Positions 20,408 through 30,940 of a DNA stretch of 64,000 bases are shown in pieces. The stretch comes from an uncultured Verrucomicrobiae bacterium (GTDB taxonomy: Bacteria > Verrucomicrobiota > Verrucomicrobiia > Opitutales > JABDGR01). Under the pieces are notes generated by a model, which was not told where the DNA came from, did not search any database, and saw only the letters and a list, made by a program, of their open reading frames with translations. Every line of letters begins with the position of its first letter. Position 1 is the first letter of the stretch. The position numbers and the translations under genes were made by a program. The stretch lies in contig CAVXVB010000007.1 in the NCBI GenBank assembly GCA_963765205.1, positions 128,001-192,000 on the forward strand. The letters are read 5' to 3'.

Positions 20408-20591
20408 AAAAGTCCGGGGGTGGGCCGAAACTAGCGGGCCGTGGCAGCTATTGGCGACGAAAATACCAACAGAAATAAAATCCAGGCTGGCGGCGGGGGG
20501 CGCGGACGAGGAGCCATGACGACTCGGATAAACAGCAAGGGCGTGCATCCGCCGATGCGGAAGCACGCCCTTGGAGGAAAAACCCGGGAAA

Positions 20592-21278
20592 TTAATTCCC
20601 GCCATTCTTGGTGTAGGTCGCCTTGGCGTTCATGGGGTCTTCAGCCGCCCGGCCAATCGGCTTGTCGTTATAAGTCGCGCTGACGTAATAACCCCAGAGT
20701 TGCACCACGGTGCTCGAGGAGGAACCCCCGCCGCCGCCGCCGCCACCTTTTTTGCCCCCGCCGCCGCCGCCCATGGTGGATGAGATGTTTGACTCGGTGG
20801 TGACGGGGTCGGAAATTACCAAGGTGGTTTTGCCCGCGTCAAGGTCCACGGTTTGCGAACCGGACAGGGACGACCAGGCGATGCTGGCGCCGCCCGAGGC
20901 GGCCGTGCTGGTTTTGACGTAAACGTTCCAATTGACGACGAGGCCGGTGGCCGGGCCGCCCAAATTACGCACGGTGACTTCAATCCAGGATTTGCCCTTG
21001 GCGTCGGAGGACACGGTGTTGCCGCCACCACCCTTGCCACCACCGCCGCCACCACCACCGCCCTTGCCACCCTTGCCTTGTTGCGCGGCCTGGGCGGTCA
21101 CCGCCACGGCGTAGTCGCCCTGGTTGCGTTTCACGGAGAGAGAAATCAGCGGCGGCTTGGCGGGCGCGTTTTGCGCGTCGAGGGTAGCGCCGGAGTTGAA
21201 CCAAAGCGCGGCGGCGAAAAGAACGCCGCCGGTGGTGAGTAAGGAAGCAAAGGATAGGGAGCGCAGGGGTGTGTTCAT
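20592..21278 (-). CDS. Secreted hypothetical protein with Gly/Lys-rich loops (paralog 1 of 3)
   Basis: Signal peptide; conserved core shared with 21408-22097 and 29138-29770. Confidence 0.8.
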   Translation of the reverse strand: MNTPLRSLSFASLLTTGGVLFAAALWFNSGATLDAQNAPAKPPLISLSVKRNQGDYAVAVTAQAAQQGKGGKGGGGGGGGGKGGGGNTVSSDAKGKSWIEVTVRNLGGPATGLVVNWNVYVKTSTAASGGASIAWSSLSGSQTVDLDAGKTTLVISDPVTTESNISSTMGGGGGGKKGGGGGGGGSSSSTVVQLWGYYVSATYNDKPIGRAAEDPMNAKATYTKNGGN

Positions 21279-21407
21279 GGCAACAGGGTATAAACCAGCG
21301 GGGAGTTGATAGGTTGCAGAAATTCTCCAACGTTAACTTCGTGTTAAAGTTAAGCGATTTTTGGGCCAAAAATCAACCTTATTACGAAAAAACCGACTGG
21401 GCCATCC

Positions 21408-22097
21408 TCATTGATTGCCGTTCTGACTTTGCAGGCTTTCGAACATTTGGACGATGCCGGTGGGATTTTCGATGGCTTTGATCGGTTTGTTCGGGTCGGT
21501 GGTGACCGCCTCGATATACCAGCCGGCAATGTCCGTCACCGTCGAGGAAGTGACGGCGGAGGATTTGGCGCCTTTTTTCGCGGTGGTCTGGGTGCCGCCG
21601 CCATTACCGCGATTGCCGGAGGTCGGCAGCCCGCTGCTAATCTGTTTGGTGATGGGCGGGGTTTTCACGACGACACTTTTCTCGAACGGGATGTCCACAT
21701 TTTGCGTGCCCGAGTCATCCTTCATGGTCACGGTCGCGGTCTTGCCCTCGGTGGAAGTCTTGGAAAAGACGTGGTAATTGACGGTCAGGCCGGTAATGCC
21801 ACCATCGCCGACATTGCTGACGGTGATTTCGAGCCAGGTTTGCTCGCTGGTGGGGGAGGGGGCGTAGGTGCTGCCCGCAGCGCCTTTGCCGACCGGGAGG
21901 GCAGGGCCAGTCGAGGTGGCGGTCGGGAGAGGGCCAAACTTCTGAACGGCCTTGATGACGACCAAGGGGGGTGCGCTAAAGGACGCCGGCGCGGCGCGCG
22001 TGCGGTTGGGAATCAAGCAAAAGACGGTGGCCGCGGCGGCCAAACCGCTGATGGCCAGGAGGGAAACCAGTCGAAAGGAATGAAAGGGGGAGTGCAT
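21408..22097 (-). CDS. Secreted hypothetical protein (paralog 2 of 3)
   Basis: Signal peptide; WLEITVSNVGDG.ITGLTVNYHV, DIAGWYIE. Confidence 0.8.
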   Translation of the reverse strand: MHSPFHSFRLVSLLAISGLAAAATVFCLIPNRTRAAPASFSAPPLVVIKAVQKFGPLPTATSTGPALPVGKGAAGSTYAPSPTSEQTWLEITVSNVGDGGITGLTVNYHVFSKTSTEGKTATVTMKDDSGTQNVDIPFEKSVVVKTPPITKQISSGLPTSGNRGNGGGTQTTAKKGAKSSAVTSSTVTDIAGWYIEAVTTDPNKPIKAIENPTGIVQMFESLQSQNGNQ

Positions 22098-22285
22098 GTC
22101 AAGGGGCGGAGACGGCCAAGCCCACGGCCAAACTAGGCGCACTATGGCATATTTTTTCCGTCAAACAAAACTTTTTTTAGGGGCACCCCGCCCCGACCCG
22201 TAAAATAGGCTTGCCTCTTCCGCCCGGCCCTCTACCTTGGTTAGCTTTTTCCCATCACTGCGACCATTCCGCGTCTTCCCACTCC

Positions 22286-22672
22286 ATGCCTACCATCAAC
22301 CAGCTCGTCCGGCACCCCCGACGCGCGCCGCGCTTCAAGTCCAAGGCTCCCGCCCTGGCGGGTAATCCGTTCAAGCGCGGCGTGTGCGTGCAGGTCATGA
22401 CCCGCACGCCCAAGAAACCGAATTCCGCCATCCGCAAAGTCGCCAAGGTGCGCCTGACCAACGGCTATGAAGTCATCGCCTACATACCGGACGAGGGCCA
22501 CAACCTGCAGGAGCACAGCGTGGTGCTGGTGCGCGGCGGGCGCGTGAAGGATCTGCCGGGCGTGCGGTATCATATTGTGCGCGGGCCGCTGGACTGCGTG
22601 GGCGTGGAAAAGCGCCGCCGCAGCCGCTCGAAATACGGCGTCAAGCGCCCCAAGGAAAAAAAGGCGGCGTAA
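22286..22672 (+). CDS. rpsL: 30S ribosomal protein S12
   Basis: [30 protein letters not shown]. Confidence 0.99.
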   Translation: MPTINQLVRHPRRAPRFKSKAPALAGNPFKRGVCVQVMTRTPKKPNSAIRKVAKVRLTNGYEVIAYIPDEGHNLQEHSVVLVRGGRVKDLPGVRYHIVRGPLDCVGVEKRRRSRSKYGVKRPKEKKAA

Positions 22673-22790
22673 TTGCCGAAGGGGCAGAGGGACAAAGGGA
22701 CTGAGGCCAAACCTTTTTTTCTTCTTTTGCCGGAATTATATTTTTCAAACCAAGCACTAGAGCACCAAGCACTAAAACACTTTACCTCCC

Positions 22791-23264
22791 ATGTCCCGCC
22801 GCCGCCGAGCCGTCAAACGAGAACGCGCCATTGACCCGCGCTATAACAGCCCGTTGGTCACCCACCTCGTGAGCACCATCATGCGCGAGGGCAAGAAGAC
22901 CGTCGCCCAACGCATCGTCTATGGCGCGTTCGAGAAGGTCAGCGAGAAGCTCGAAAAGGGCGACCCGGTGGATTTGCTGCTGGGCGCGCTGGAAAACTGC
23001 CGGCCGAAGCTCGAGGTGAAGAGCCGCCGCGTCGGCGGCGCGACCTACCAGGTGCCCGTTGAAATCACCTTTGAGCGCCAGCAGAGCCTGGCGTTCCGCT
23101 GGCTGGTCGAGGCGGCCCTGGGCCGCAAGGGGCTGCCGATGCGCGAGGCGCTGGCCGCGGAAATCGTGGACGCCTACAACAACACCGGCACGGTGGTGAA
23201 GCGCCGCGAGGACGCGCACCGCATGGCCCAGGCCAACCGCGCCTTCGCGCATTTGCGCTGGTAG
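22791..23264 (+). CDS. rpsG: 30S ribosomal protein S7
   Basis: EVKSRRVGGATYQVP, MAQANRAFAH.RW. Confidence 0.99.
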   Translation: MSRRRRAVKRERAIDPRYNSPLVTHLVSTIMREGKKTVAQRIVYGAFEKVSEKLEKGDPVDLLLGALENCRPKLEVKSRRVGGATYQVPVEITFERQQSLAFRWLVEAALGRKGLPMREALAAEIVDAYNNTGTVVKRREDAHRMAQANRAFAHLRW

Positions 23265-23421
23265 TTTATATTTTTAGACGGAATTTACAGAATTAACAGA
23301 ATTAGCGAAGAGAAAACGCCCCTCGGGCCACGCTGTTGATTTTATTAATTCTATCCGAAGATTTCCCCTTAATTTTGTAAATGCTGTTCATTCTTTCCCA
23401 AAATCTTTCCCCGTTTAAGTC

Positions 23422-25590
23422 ATGAGTGCCACCGACGCCCTGCCCGCCCTATCGCCCGCCAATTCGCCGAACCGCCGCTTTCCGCTGGAATACACGCGGA
23501 ACATCGGCATCGCCGCGCACATTGACGCGGGCAAGACGACCACCACCGAGCGCGTGCTTTTCTACGCGGGCGTCATCCACAAAATGGGCGACGTGGACGA
23601 GGGCAACACGACGACGGACTGGATGGAGCAGGAGCGCGAGCGCGGCATCACCATCACCGCCGCCGCCATCTCCGCGGGCTGGACGACCAAGGAAGGCCGC
23701 TGGGCGAAAATCCCCCACGCCATCAACATCATTGACACGCCGGGCCACGTGGACTTCACCGCCGAGGTCGAGCGTTCCTTGCGCGTGCTCGACGGCGCCA
23801 TCGCCGTTTTTTGCGCGGTAGCGGGCGTGCAGCCGCAGTCGGAAACCGTCTGGCGGCAGATGAACAAATACAAGGTGTGCCGCATCGCCTATGTCAATAA
23901 AATGGACCGCACGGGCGCGAACTTTTTCAAGGCGCTGGACGACATCCGCACCAAGCTCCGCGGCAACGCCCACCCGATCTTCATTCCCTATGGCGCGGGT
24001 GAGACCTTCACCGGCATCATTGACTTGGTAAAAATGGTCCTCTGCGAATACGACCCGACCGACCCGAGCGGCGTGCGCTTCCACGAAAAAGAAATCCCCG
24101 CCACCCACCTGGCCGATGCGAAACTCTGGCGCGACAAGCTCATCGAAGCCCTCGCCGACTTCGACGACGGCGTCGCGGAAAAATTCCTCGATGGCCAGGA
24201 AGTCAGCATTGACGAAATTCGCGCGGCTATCCGCAAGGCCACGCTGACCCAGGAATTTGTCGCCGTCATCCCCGGCAGCGCGCTCAAGAACAAGGGCGTG
24301 CAAATGGTGCTCGATGGCGTGGTCAATTACCTGCCCAACCCGCTCGAAGCGCGCCCGATGACCGCGCACCGGGACGACGAAACCACCACCGAGATCGTCC
24401 CTGACGACAAGCACAAGCCGATTGGCCTGGTCTTCAAACTCTGGACCGACCAGTTCGTCGGCCGGCTCGTCTTTTTCCGCCTCTATTCCGGGACCCTCAA
24501 AAAAGGCGACACCCTCTACAACCCGCGCACGCGGCGCTCGGAGCGCATCTCGCGCCTGTTGTTTTTGAAGGCCGATGAGCGGGTGGACGTGGACGCGATT
24601 TATTCCGGCGACATTTGCGCCATCGTCGGCGCGAAAGACGTGGTCACCGGCGACACGCTGTGCGACGAGGACCTCGAGCTGCGCCTGGAGCCGCCGACAT
24701 TCCCCGAGCCGGTCATCTCAATGTCCATCGAGCCGAAGACGAAGGCCGACCAGGAAAAACTCTCGATTGGGCTGCAACGCCTGGCCGAGGAAGACCCGAC
24801 CTTCAAGCTCTCCTCGAATTCCGAAACCGGCCAGACCATCATCGCCGGCATGGGCGAGCTGCATTTGGAAATCATCCGCGACCGCCTGTTCCGCGAGTTC
24901 AAGGTCGAGGCCGACGCCGGCCGCCCGCAAATCGCCTATCGCGAAACCATCACCGCGCATTCGGAGGGCGTGGGCAAGTTCATCCGCCAGTCCGGCGGCC
25001 GCGGCCAATACGGCCACGTCGAGATCAAGCTCCAGCCGAATGTCAAAGGCAAGGGCGTGGAAGTCATCAACGACATCGTGGGCGGCGTGATTCCGAAGGA
25101 ATTCATCAAGCCCAGCATCGAAGGCATCGAGGAAGCCGCCAAGAACGGCACCATCGCGGGCTATCCGGTGATTGATTTCATCGCGACCATCGTCTTCGGC
25201 TCGTTCCACGAAGTGGACTCGAACGAAATGGCGTTCAAGATGGCCGGCATCTTTGCGTTCAAGGACGCCATGCAGCAGGCCAAGCCGATTTTCCTCGAGC
25301 CGATCATGAAGGTCGAAGTCGTCACGCCCAGCCAGTATCAGGGGGACGTCGTCGGCGACCTCAACCGGCGCCGCGGGCAAATCCAGGGCATGGAAACCAA
25401 GAACGACCTGGTCTATATCAACGCCAACGTGCCGCTCGAAACCATGTTCGGCTACGCGACGGACGTGCGCTCCCTGTCGAAGGGGCGCGCCTCGTACACC
25501 ATGGAACCCTCGCATTTCGAGCAGGTGCCCAACAGCCTGCTGACGAAGATCGTGGACTCGTCCACGCGCAAAGTCGCGCGCACGATTTGA
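23422..25590 (+). CDS. fusA: Elongation factor G
   Basis: AHIDAGKTT, EQERERGITI, DTPGHVDF, NKMD, GMGELHLE, QSGGRGQYGH. Confidence 0.99.
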   Translation: MSATDALPALSPANSPNRRFPLEYTRNIGIAAHIDAGKTTTTERVLFYAGVIHKMGDVDEGNTTTDWMEQERERGITITAAAISAGWTTKEGRWAKIPHAINIIDTPGHVDFTAEVERSLRVLDGAIAVFCAVAGVQPQSETVWRQMNKYKVCRIAYVNKMDRTGANFFKALDDIRTKLRGNAHPIFIPYGAGETFTGIIDLVKMVLCEYDPTDPSGVRFHEKEIPATHLADAKLWRDKLIEALADFDDGVAEKFLDGQEVSIDEIRAAIRKATLTQEFVAVIPGSALKNKGVQMVLDGVVNYLPNPLEARPMTAHRDDETTTEIVPDDKHKPIGLVFKLWTDQFVGRLVFFRLYSGTLKKGDTLYNPRTRRSERISRLLFLKADERVDVDAIYSGDICAIVGAKDVVTGDTLCDEDLELRLEPPTFPEPVISMSIEPKTKADQEKLSIGLQRLAEEDPTFKLSSNSETGQTIIAGMGELHLEIIRDRLFREFKVEADAGRPQIAYRETITAHSEGVGKFIRQSGGRGQYGHVEIKLQPNVKGKGVEVINDIVGGVIPKEFIKPSIEGIEEAAKNGTIAGYPVIDFIATIVFGSFHEVDSNEMAFKMAGIFAFKDAMQQAKPIFLEPIMKVEVVTPSQYQGDVVGDLNRRRGQIQGMETKNDLVYINANVPLETMFGYATDVRSLSKGRASYTMEPSHFEQVPNSLLTKIVDSSTRKVARTI

Positions 25591-25595
25591 GGTAT

Positions 25596-25897
25596 GAATT
25601 AAGATTTATGATTTATGAAGTCCTGAATGCTGGGTTCTGAATGCTGAATCCCCAATACCGCACCCGGCTTTCGTTTTTTCATCTCAAATCCGAAATCCCA
25701 AATCTGAAATTTCAAATTCTGCATTTTGCGTTTTACATTCTGCATTTCACCCTCTACCCTCCACTCTCCAACTTCTTAATTCCTTCCGGCTTCCCCGTTC
25801 TTTCCCAGTTTGATGCCATCCGGTTTGGGCGCCCGCCGCGACCCAACCCAGAACGCTGGCGCATTTCCCAACTCGAAACCCAAAACCCGAAACTAAT
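25596..25897. repeat. Cluster of several degenerate heptamer arrays in the fusA-rpsJ spacer
   Basis: GATTTAT, GAATGCT, AAATC(T/C)N, TGCATTT and GAAAC(C/T)C type units in succession. Confidence 0.7.
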
Positions 25898-25905
25898 TTC
25901 CTCCC

Positions 25906-26214
25906 ATGGCCAGCCAACGCATCCGCATCAAACTCAAAGGCTTCGACTACCGCATCATTGACCAGTCGGCCGTTGACATCGTGGAAACCGCCAAGCGCTC
26001 CGGCGCCCGCGTCGCCGGCCCCGTGCCGCTGCCGGTGCGCATCGAGAAACTCTCCGTCAACCGCTCCCCGCATGTGGACAAGAAGTCCATGGAGCAATTT
26101 GAATTGCGCACGCACAAGCGCATCATTGACATCGTGGAACCCACGGCCCAAACCGTGGACGAACTGAAAAAACTGAACCTCCCCGCCGGCGTGGATATTC
26201 AGATTACGGTGTAG
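25906..26214 (+). CDS. rpsJ: 30S ribosomal protein S10
   Basis: [35 protein letters not shown]. Confidence 0.99.
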   Translation: MASQRIRIKLKGFDYRIIDQSAVDIVETAKRSGARVAGPVPLPVRIEKLSVNRSPHVDKKSMEQFELRTHKRIIDIVEPTAQTVDELKKLNLPAGVDIQITV

Positions 26215-26247
26215 GCGGCGGCTTCAATCTTCATTCCGCAGTTCAAT

Positions 26248-27385
26248 TTGACCACGGATGCCACGGATAACACGGATGTAAGGACAGGGATGGCTATTTA
26301 TGGCAATACCCATTTACCCCATGGGTCAGCAGTCGAAATTCTTCACGCTCAGGTCTATAGCATTTTAAATAAAACTATAACCACAATGGGCAAACCAATG
26401 AGTGGCGTCCTGTCCGGTGACGCTGCCTAGGGCGGTGGCGATGGCGGCGAGCAAGTCTGCCTGGGTGCGTGCTTCGAGAGCCCGCAACCGGGCTTTGACT
26501 TTGCTCCGCATCAGTTCGATCGGATTGAGGTCGGGTGAGTAGGCGGGCAGGAATCGCACTTGCGCTCCGGCTGCTTCGATCAGCGCGAGGGTTTGCGGGT
26601 TTTTATGCGGGGCAAGGTTGTCCATGGCCACAATGTCCCCGGGCCGCAAGGTTGGGCAGAGCACCTCGCGCACATAGGCCCGGAAGACTTCCGTATCGGT
26701 GGCCGCTTCGACGGTTAGACAGGCCGTCGTGCCGTCCCTGCGAATGGAGGAGATCATGGTCGTGGTGCACCAGTGCCCCTGGGGGCGTTGGGCCAGCAGA
26801 CGTTGCGCCCGGGGCGCGCGCCCATATAAACGGGTCATGTTCGTCTTGGCCGCCGATTCATCAAGGAAGACCAGCCGCGCGGGATCCAGTCCGGCCTGCC
26901 CGCGCACCCACCGCCGCCGTGCCCGGACGATGTCGGGCCGCCCTTGCTCGGCGGCGCGCAGCGTTTTTTAAAGGTCAGGCCCAGCTGGGCCAAAACGTAA
27001 TGAATGGCCGGCAGCGTGCACTTTAAACCCAAGGCCGCGCGCATCTGTTCCAGCGTAAGGTCGGGCTTGGACTGCACCAGCCGGCGCAACTTCTCTCCAA
27101 ACTGGGGCAGCAGCCACGCCTTGCGTCCCGCGAAGTGGTGCCGGGGCGCGATATCACCCTTATGCCGGCGCTGCTGCAGCAGCTTTTTGACCATGCCGAG
27201 CGACACCCTAAACCGGTGCGCGATTTCCTCCCTTGTTCCCTCCTGCCGATCATAGGCCGCCACAATACGTTCCCGCAAGTCCAAGGATAGAGTTTTCATT
27301 CCCCCTACAGTAGCACAACTCATGCCAGGCGGCTACATAATTATTTAAAATGCTCTATCCGTGTTATCTGTGAAATCCGTGGTTT
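26248..27385. repeat. Inverted tandem-arm element (CACGGATAA type) split by IS630
   Basis: Left ACCACGGATGCCACGGATAACACGGAT (26251-26277); right ATCCGTGTTATCTGTGAAATCCGTGGT directly after the IS end. Confidence 0.8.
26356..27357 (-). mobile_element. IS630-family insertion sequence
   Basis: Inverted repeats TA(T/G)AGCATTTTAAATAA with TA at both ends; transposase 27299->26365 in two frames joined at an A-run. Confidence 0.95.
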
Positions 27386-27467
27386 CAACAGCGGTTTTGG
27401 GGATTAAACCGGATTGCGAGAATCCCCGTCAATGCCAGGCACGCTGAGTAAACTTGGGGGAGAAAAA

Positions 27468-28751
27468 ATGAAACTCCCTGTGAAGAAATGGGGTTATACG
27501 GAGATCCCCGTGTTTTTGCCCCGAAATTTTGCCTGCGGCGCAGTGGTTGCGGCGTTGCTGGCTGGCTTGATCGCTTCCGTGACCTCGGCTGCGGATGGGG
27601 CGCCAAGCTCGGCTGCGACAGGCTCCGCCCCGGCGGCAACCGCGCCCGCACTGCCGCCTCTCCCACCCCCGCCGCCGATGTCACCCCCCGCGTTTGGAGC
27701 GGTTCCGAAGGTTCCACCGGCTCCGCTCCCGGAAGCTTTGGCCGCCGCCATCGCGGAAGCCAAACGGAAAGCCCTTAGCGGCGAAGACACGGCGACGACC
27801 CGGTTGCAGGCACTGGCCACGGACTTGGACACGGCCCTTGCCGCGCTTAAACAGTTACCTCCCGATTCGACGAAATATTTTGCCCCGACCCTGGGATCCC
27901 TCTTGCAGGCCCAAACGGCAGTGTCGCACGGCCTCGACTACGTCAAAGCCCACCCCGAGGATAATTCGCTGGCCTCGCGCGTCCGCGAGCTCAACTATTA
28001 TGGCGCGTATGATGGCGCGTCCGGGGGGTCATGGGGGGCGGGGGGATGGGCTCCGCCCGGTTCGGCTCCTCTTGTTATAACTGGCGGCAAAAATTTGGCC
28101 ACGGTAGAAAAATCGTTAAGGGCTGGGTATGACGTATTTATTGGCTTTCCCCAGCAGGGGCGCCCCATCATCGGGGAAATCGGTGGAAACCGCGACCTCA
28201 TCATGCGCGCGGTGGTCGTGGCGAATATGGATTTGGTGGCAAATAATGTAGACTTAGGCTATGCCACCAGAGGGTCACGGGCGACCGCATTGGCGCCAGC
28301 AAGCGCAACAACGACCGTGTCGGCCGCGACCGCCACCCGCGGGTTACCGCCCGCGGCATCGGCGTCCTCGAGTCAAAAAATCACCTTGGCGGCCCTGGCG
28401 AAGGGCTTGGGCGATCCTGACCATACGGGCTCTATTGCCGGCACCGCGGAGCCGACGGATCCCGTACTTTTCGTCTATGCCTTGGTCTGTGTCACAGCGC
28501 TGGAGAATTCGATGGACCCTTCCTTGACCGGTCGCGGCGGTATCTTTGCCAACGTGCCGGCGACCTACGCCGATGATAAGGGAAACTTTGTGATTAAGAA
28601 TCTGCCGCCGGGCTTTTATGTAATTACGGCGACCGGCGGCTCGATGACCGGAAGCGCCAATCACGTCGTGGTCGAGGTCAAGGAAGGGGCCGAAACTAAA
28701 TTGCCTGCACCGCTCAAATATACTTTCGAGCGTCCCATGGTGGGCGGCTGA
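27468..28751 (+). CDS. Secreted hypothetical protein, Pro/Ala-rich N-terminus, C-terminal carboxypeptidase-regulatory-like beta-sandwich
   Basis: Hydrophobic signal-like segment; TYADDKGNFVIKNLPPGFYVITA...VEVKEG motif; start uncertain. Confidence 0.7.
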   Translation: MKLPVKKWGYTEIPVFLPRNFACGAVVAALLAGLIASVTSAADGAPSSAATGSAPAATAPALPPLPPPPPMSPPAFGAVPKVPPAPLPEALAAAIAEAKRKALSGEDTATTRLQALATDLDTALAALKQLPPDSTKYFAPTLGSLLQAQTAVSHGLDYVKAHPEDNSLASRVRELNYYGAYDGASGGSWGAGGWAPPGSAPLVITGGKNLATVEKSLRAGYDVFIGFPQQGRPIIGEIGGNRDLIMRAVVVANMDLVANNVDLGYATRGSRATALAPASATTTVSAATATRGLPPAASASSSQKITLAALAKGLGDPDHTGSIAGTAEPTDPVLFVYALVCVTALENSMDPSLTGRGGIFANVPATYADDKGNFVIKNLPPGFYVITATGGSMTGSANHVVVEVKEGAETKLPAPLKYTFERPMVGG

Positions 28752-29137
28752 TTGTCGCCAACGGGCGGAATCCGCAGCGCGAGAGCAGGTCCATTTTTTT
28801 GTGCTTTGAAGAAAACAGGCGGTTTCTTGATTCCAAGCCGGGGTCGTCGGCAAGCGACGCCCTTACAGTGCCGCGCAGGCGATTGTGGGCTGCGTGGGAG
28901 GGGAAGGGCGCGCCATGCGCCCGGACAAATCATTTACAAATAAACGGCCAACTTATACCTTGCAAAAATTGGGTAATGAACGATAGTTAGCCCCATCCTT
29001 TCCCATGACCTGCCGTGGGCTTTGAGCGGCCAAAGAGCGTGGCCAGTCCAAAAGTGCTGCCTACCCCCGGATGCGCCATCATGATGGACATGATTCGTGC
29101 AACTTATAGCCCCCCCTTCATGTTTAACCCCCATACC

Positions 29138-29770
29138 ATGAATGCAACCCCACGTTCGACATCGGTGAGTTTGTTGGTGTTGGTGGCCGTCCTGGCCGTC
29201 GCCGCCCTCGCGGGCCGCTTCTCTCTGGCGCAAGCCGCCAACGTCCCCGGCGCGGTTCCCCTAGTTTCGATCAACGTGGAAAAGAAGAACGGCACCTTCA
29301 AAGTGGCGCCGACGAGCGGATCGGGCACCGGGTCGGGCAGCGGCAAGAGCAAAAGTGGTTCATCGAACAGCACGGATGCGACGGCGTCCAAGTGGCTCGA
29401 GATCTCGATTCGCAATGTGGGCGACGGGGACATCAAGGGCCTGACGGTTAATTATCATGTTTATGTGCGGACGATTGCGTCCAGTTCCACCAGCAACACG
29501 GACACGCTCACCGACAGCTCGGGCAGCGCCACGATTGACATTCCGCACGCGGGCGTCAAACAGGTTGAAACCACGCCGATCACCGCGCAATTTTCCAGTT
29601 CAACGTCGAGCTCCAAGTCGAAAAAGGTGTCGAGCAGCTCGACATCCATCTCGAGCACGGACATTGCGGGCTGGTACATTGAGGTAGATTACGACGGCAA
29701 GTCCATCACCCGGCCCAACGAAAGCCCCTCGGGCATCAAGGCCCGCTACGAGAAGTCGCAGGGCAACTGA
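29138..29770 (+). CDS. Secreted hypothetical protein with Ser/Lys-rich loops (paralog 3 of 3)
   Basis: Signal peptide ending AQA; WLEISIRNVGDGDIKGLTVNYHV, DIAGWYIE. Confidence 0.8.
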   Translation: MNATPRSTSVSLLVLVAVLAVAALAGRFSLAQAANVPGAVPLVSINVEKKNGTFKVAPTSGSGTGSGSGKSKSGSSNSTDATASKWLEISIRNVGDGDIKGLTVNYHVYVRTIASSSTSNTDTLTDSSGSATIDIPHAGVKQVETTPITAQFSSSTSSSKSKKVSSSSTSISSTDIAGWYIEVDYDGKSITRPNESPSGIKARYEKSQGN

Positions 29771-29892
29771 ACCGGCGGGGCGGGTGCGCGGCCCGCGCGG
29801 CTCGCCGCCGACCCAGCGCCCACCGCAAATTCCGCCCCGTGATTTTAACCACGGAGAACACGGAGAACACGGAGGGGGCGAGGGGGCGAGGC

Positions 29893-30940
29893 TATTGATA
29901 CCTGCATAAGTAAAGTCCTATTGGAGGCCGACAAAAAGGGGACTGTGATTGAGGAAGGCGCGCAGGAGATTGGGTCGTCGCTGGAGGGTGCGGGCGTGGC
30001 CGTGGGCGTGGCGGTTTAGTTCTGCGGCGTCCACGGGGGCGTAGTTGGCGAGGGGATTGCGTTTGAGCCAGCTCCACACGCCCTCGACCGGATTTAACTG
30101 CGGAGCATAAGGGGGCAGGAACACGAAGTGGAAACGCGGGTTTTGCGCGGCGAAGCCGCGTGCTGGCGCGCTGAGGTGCCCGGCCAGGCGATCCCACAAC
30201 AACACCACCGGGCCGCGCAGTTGTCGCCGCACCTGGTTGAGGAACGCCCGGATGCGCGGGCCGGTGATATTCACCTTGGGATGCAGCCGGAAAAACAACC
30301 GGGCCGGCCCACGCTCGCCCCGCACGGCCAGGGCGGCGATGACGGAGACCTTCTCGTGGTGGCGCGTGCGCTGCAGGAGGACCGGGGTTGGTCCGCGCGG
30401 ACTCCAGGTGCGGCGCAACAGCGGCGCGAGGAGCAGCCCGCTCTTGTCGATAAACACCAGCGTGGCGTTCAACTGCCGGAGTTTTTTTCACCCGCACCCA
30501 GGTCGTTCGCCGCCACTGCCGCACCAGCGCCGGGTCTTGCTCGCGGGCCTGCCGCCGAGGCCGTTGCGGACTCCAGCCCAGCGCCCGCAGCAGCCGCCCG
30601 ACGTGATCCACCTGGTAACTCACGCCAAACTGCTGGCGCAGCAGCGTCACGATGCGCGGACAAGTCCACAGATCCGTTGCAAACCCCGCCGCTTGCGCCC
30701 CGCGCAACAACGCACGTTCCAACCGTGGCCGCTGCCGCGGCGCCAACGTGGGCGGACGGCCACTGGCCGGGCGCGCGCCCGCCAGCGCCGCACGCTGCGG
30801 CGCTCCACCCCGAGTTGCTCCGCCACGTCCACCGGTCGCCAGCCGTCATCCAACAAAGCGAGCGCCTTGCGACGCCGCTGCTCCAACTGTTCGGGACTGC
30901 CATAAGGTCTCATGGGTTAGCCTCCTTAACCCATAGAATA
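29893..30940 (-). mobile_element. IS630-family element of a different subgroup (winged-helix + DDE), frameshifted
   Basis: MRPYGSPEQLEQRRRKAL.LL..G, GF..DLWT..R, VFIDKSG, FLPPYAPQLNPVE; TA at both ends; imperfect inverted repeats. Confidence 0.85.
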
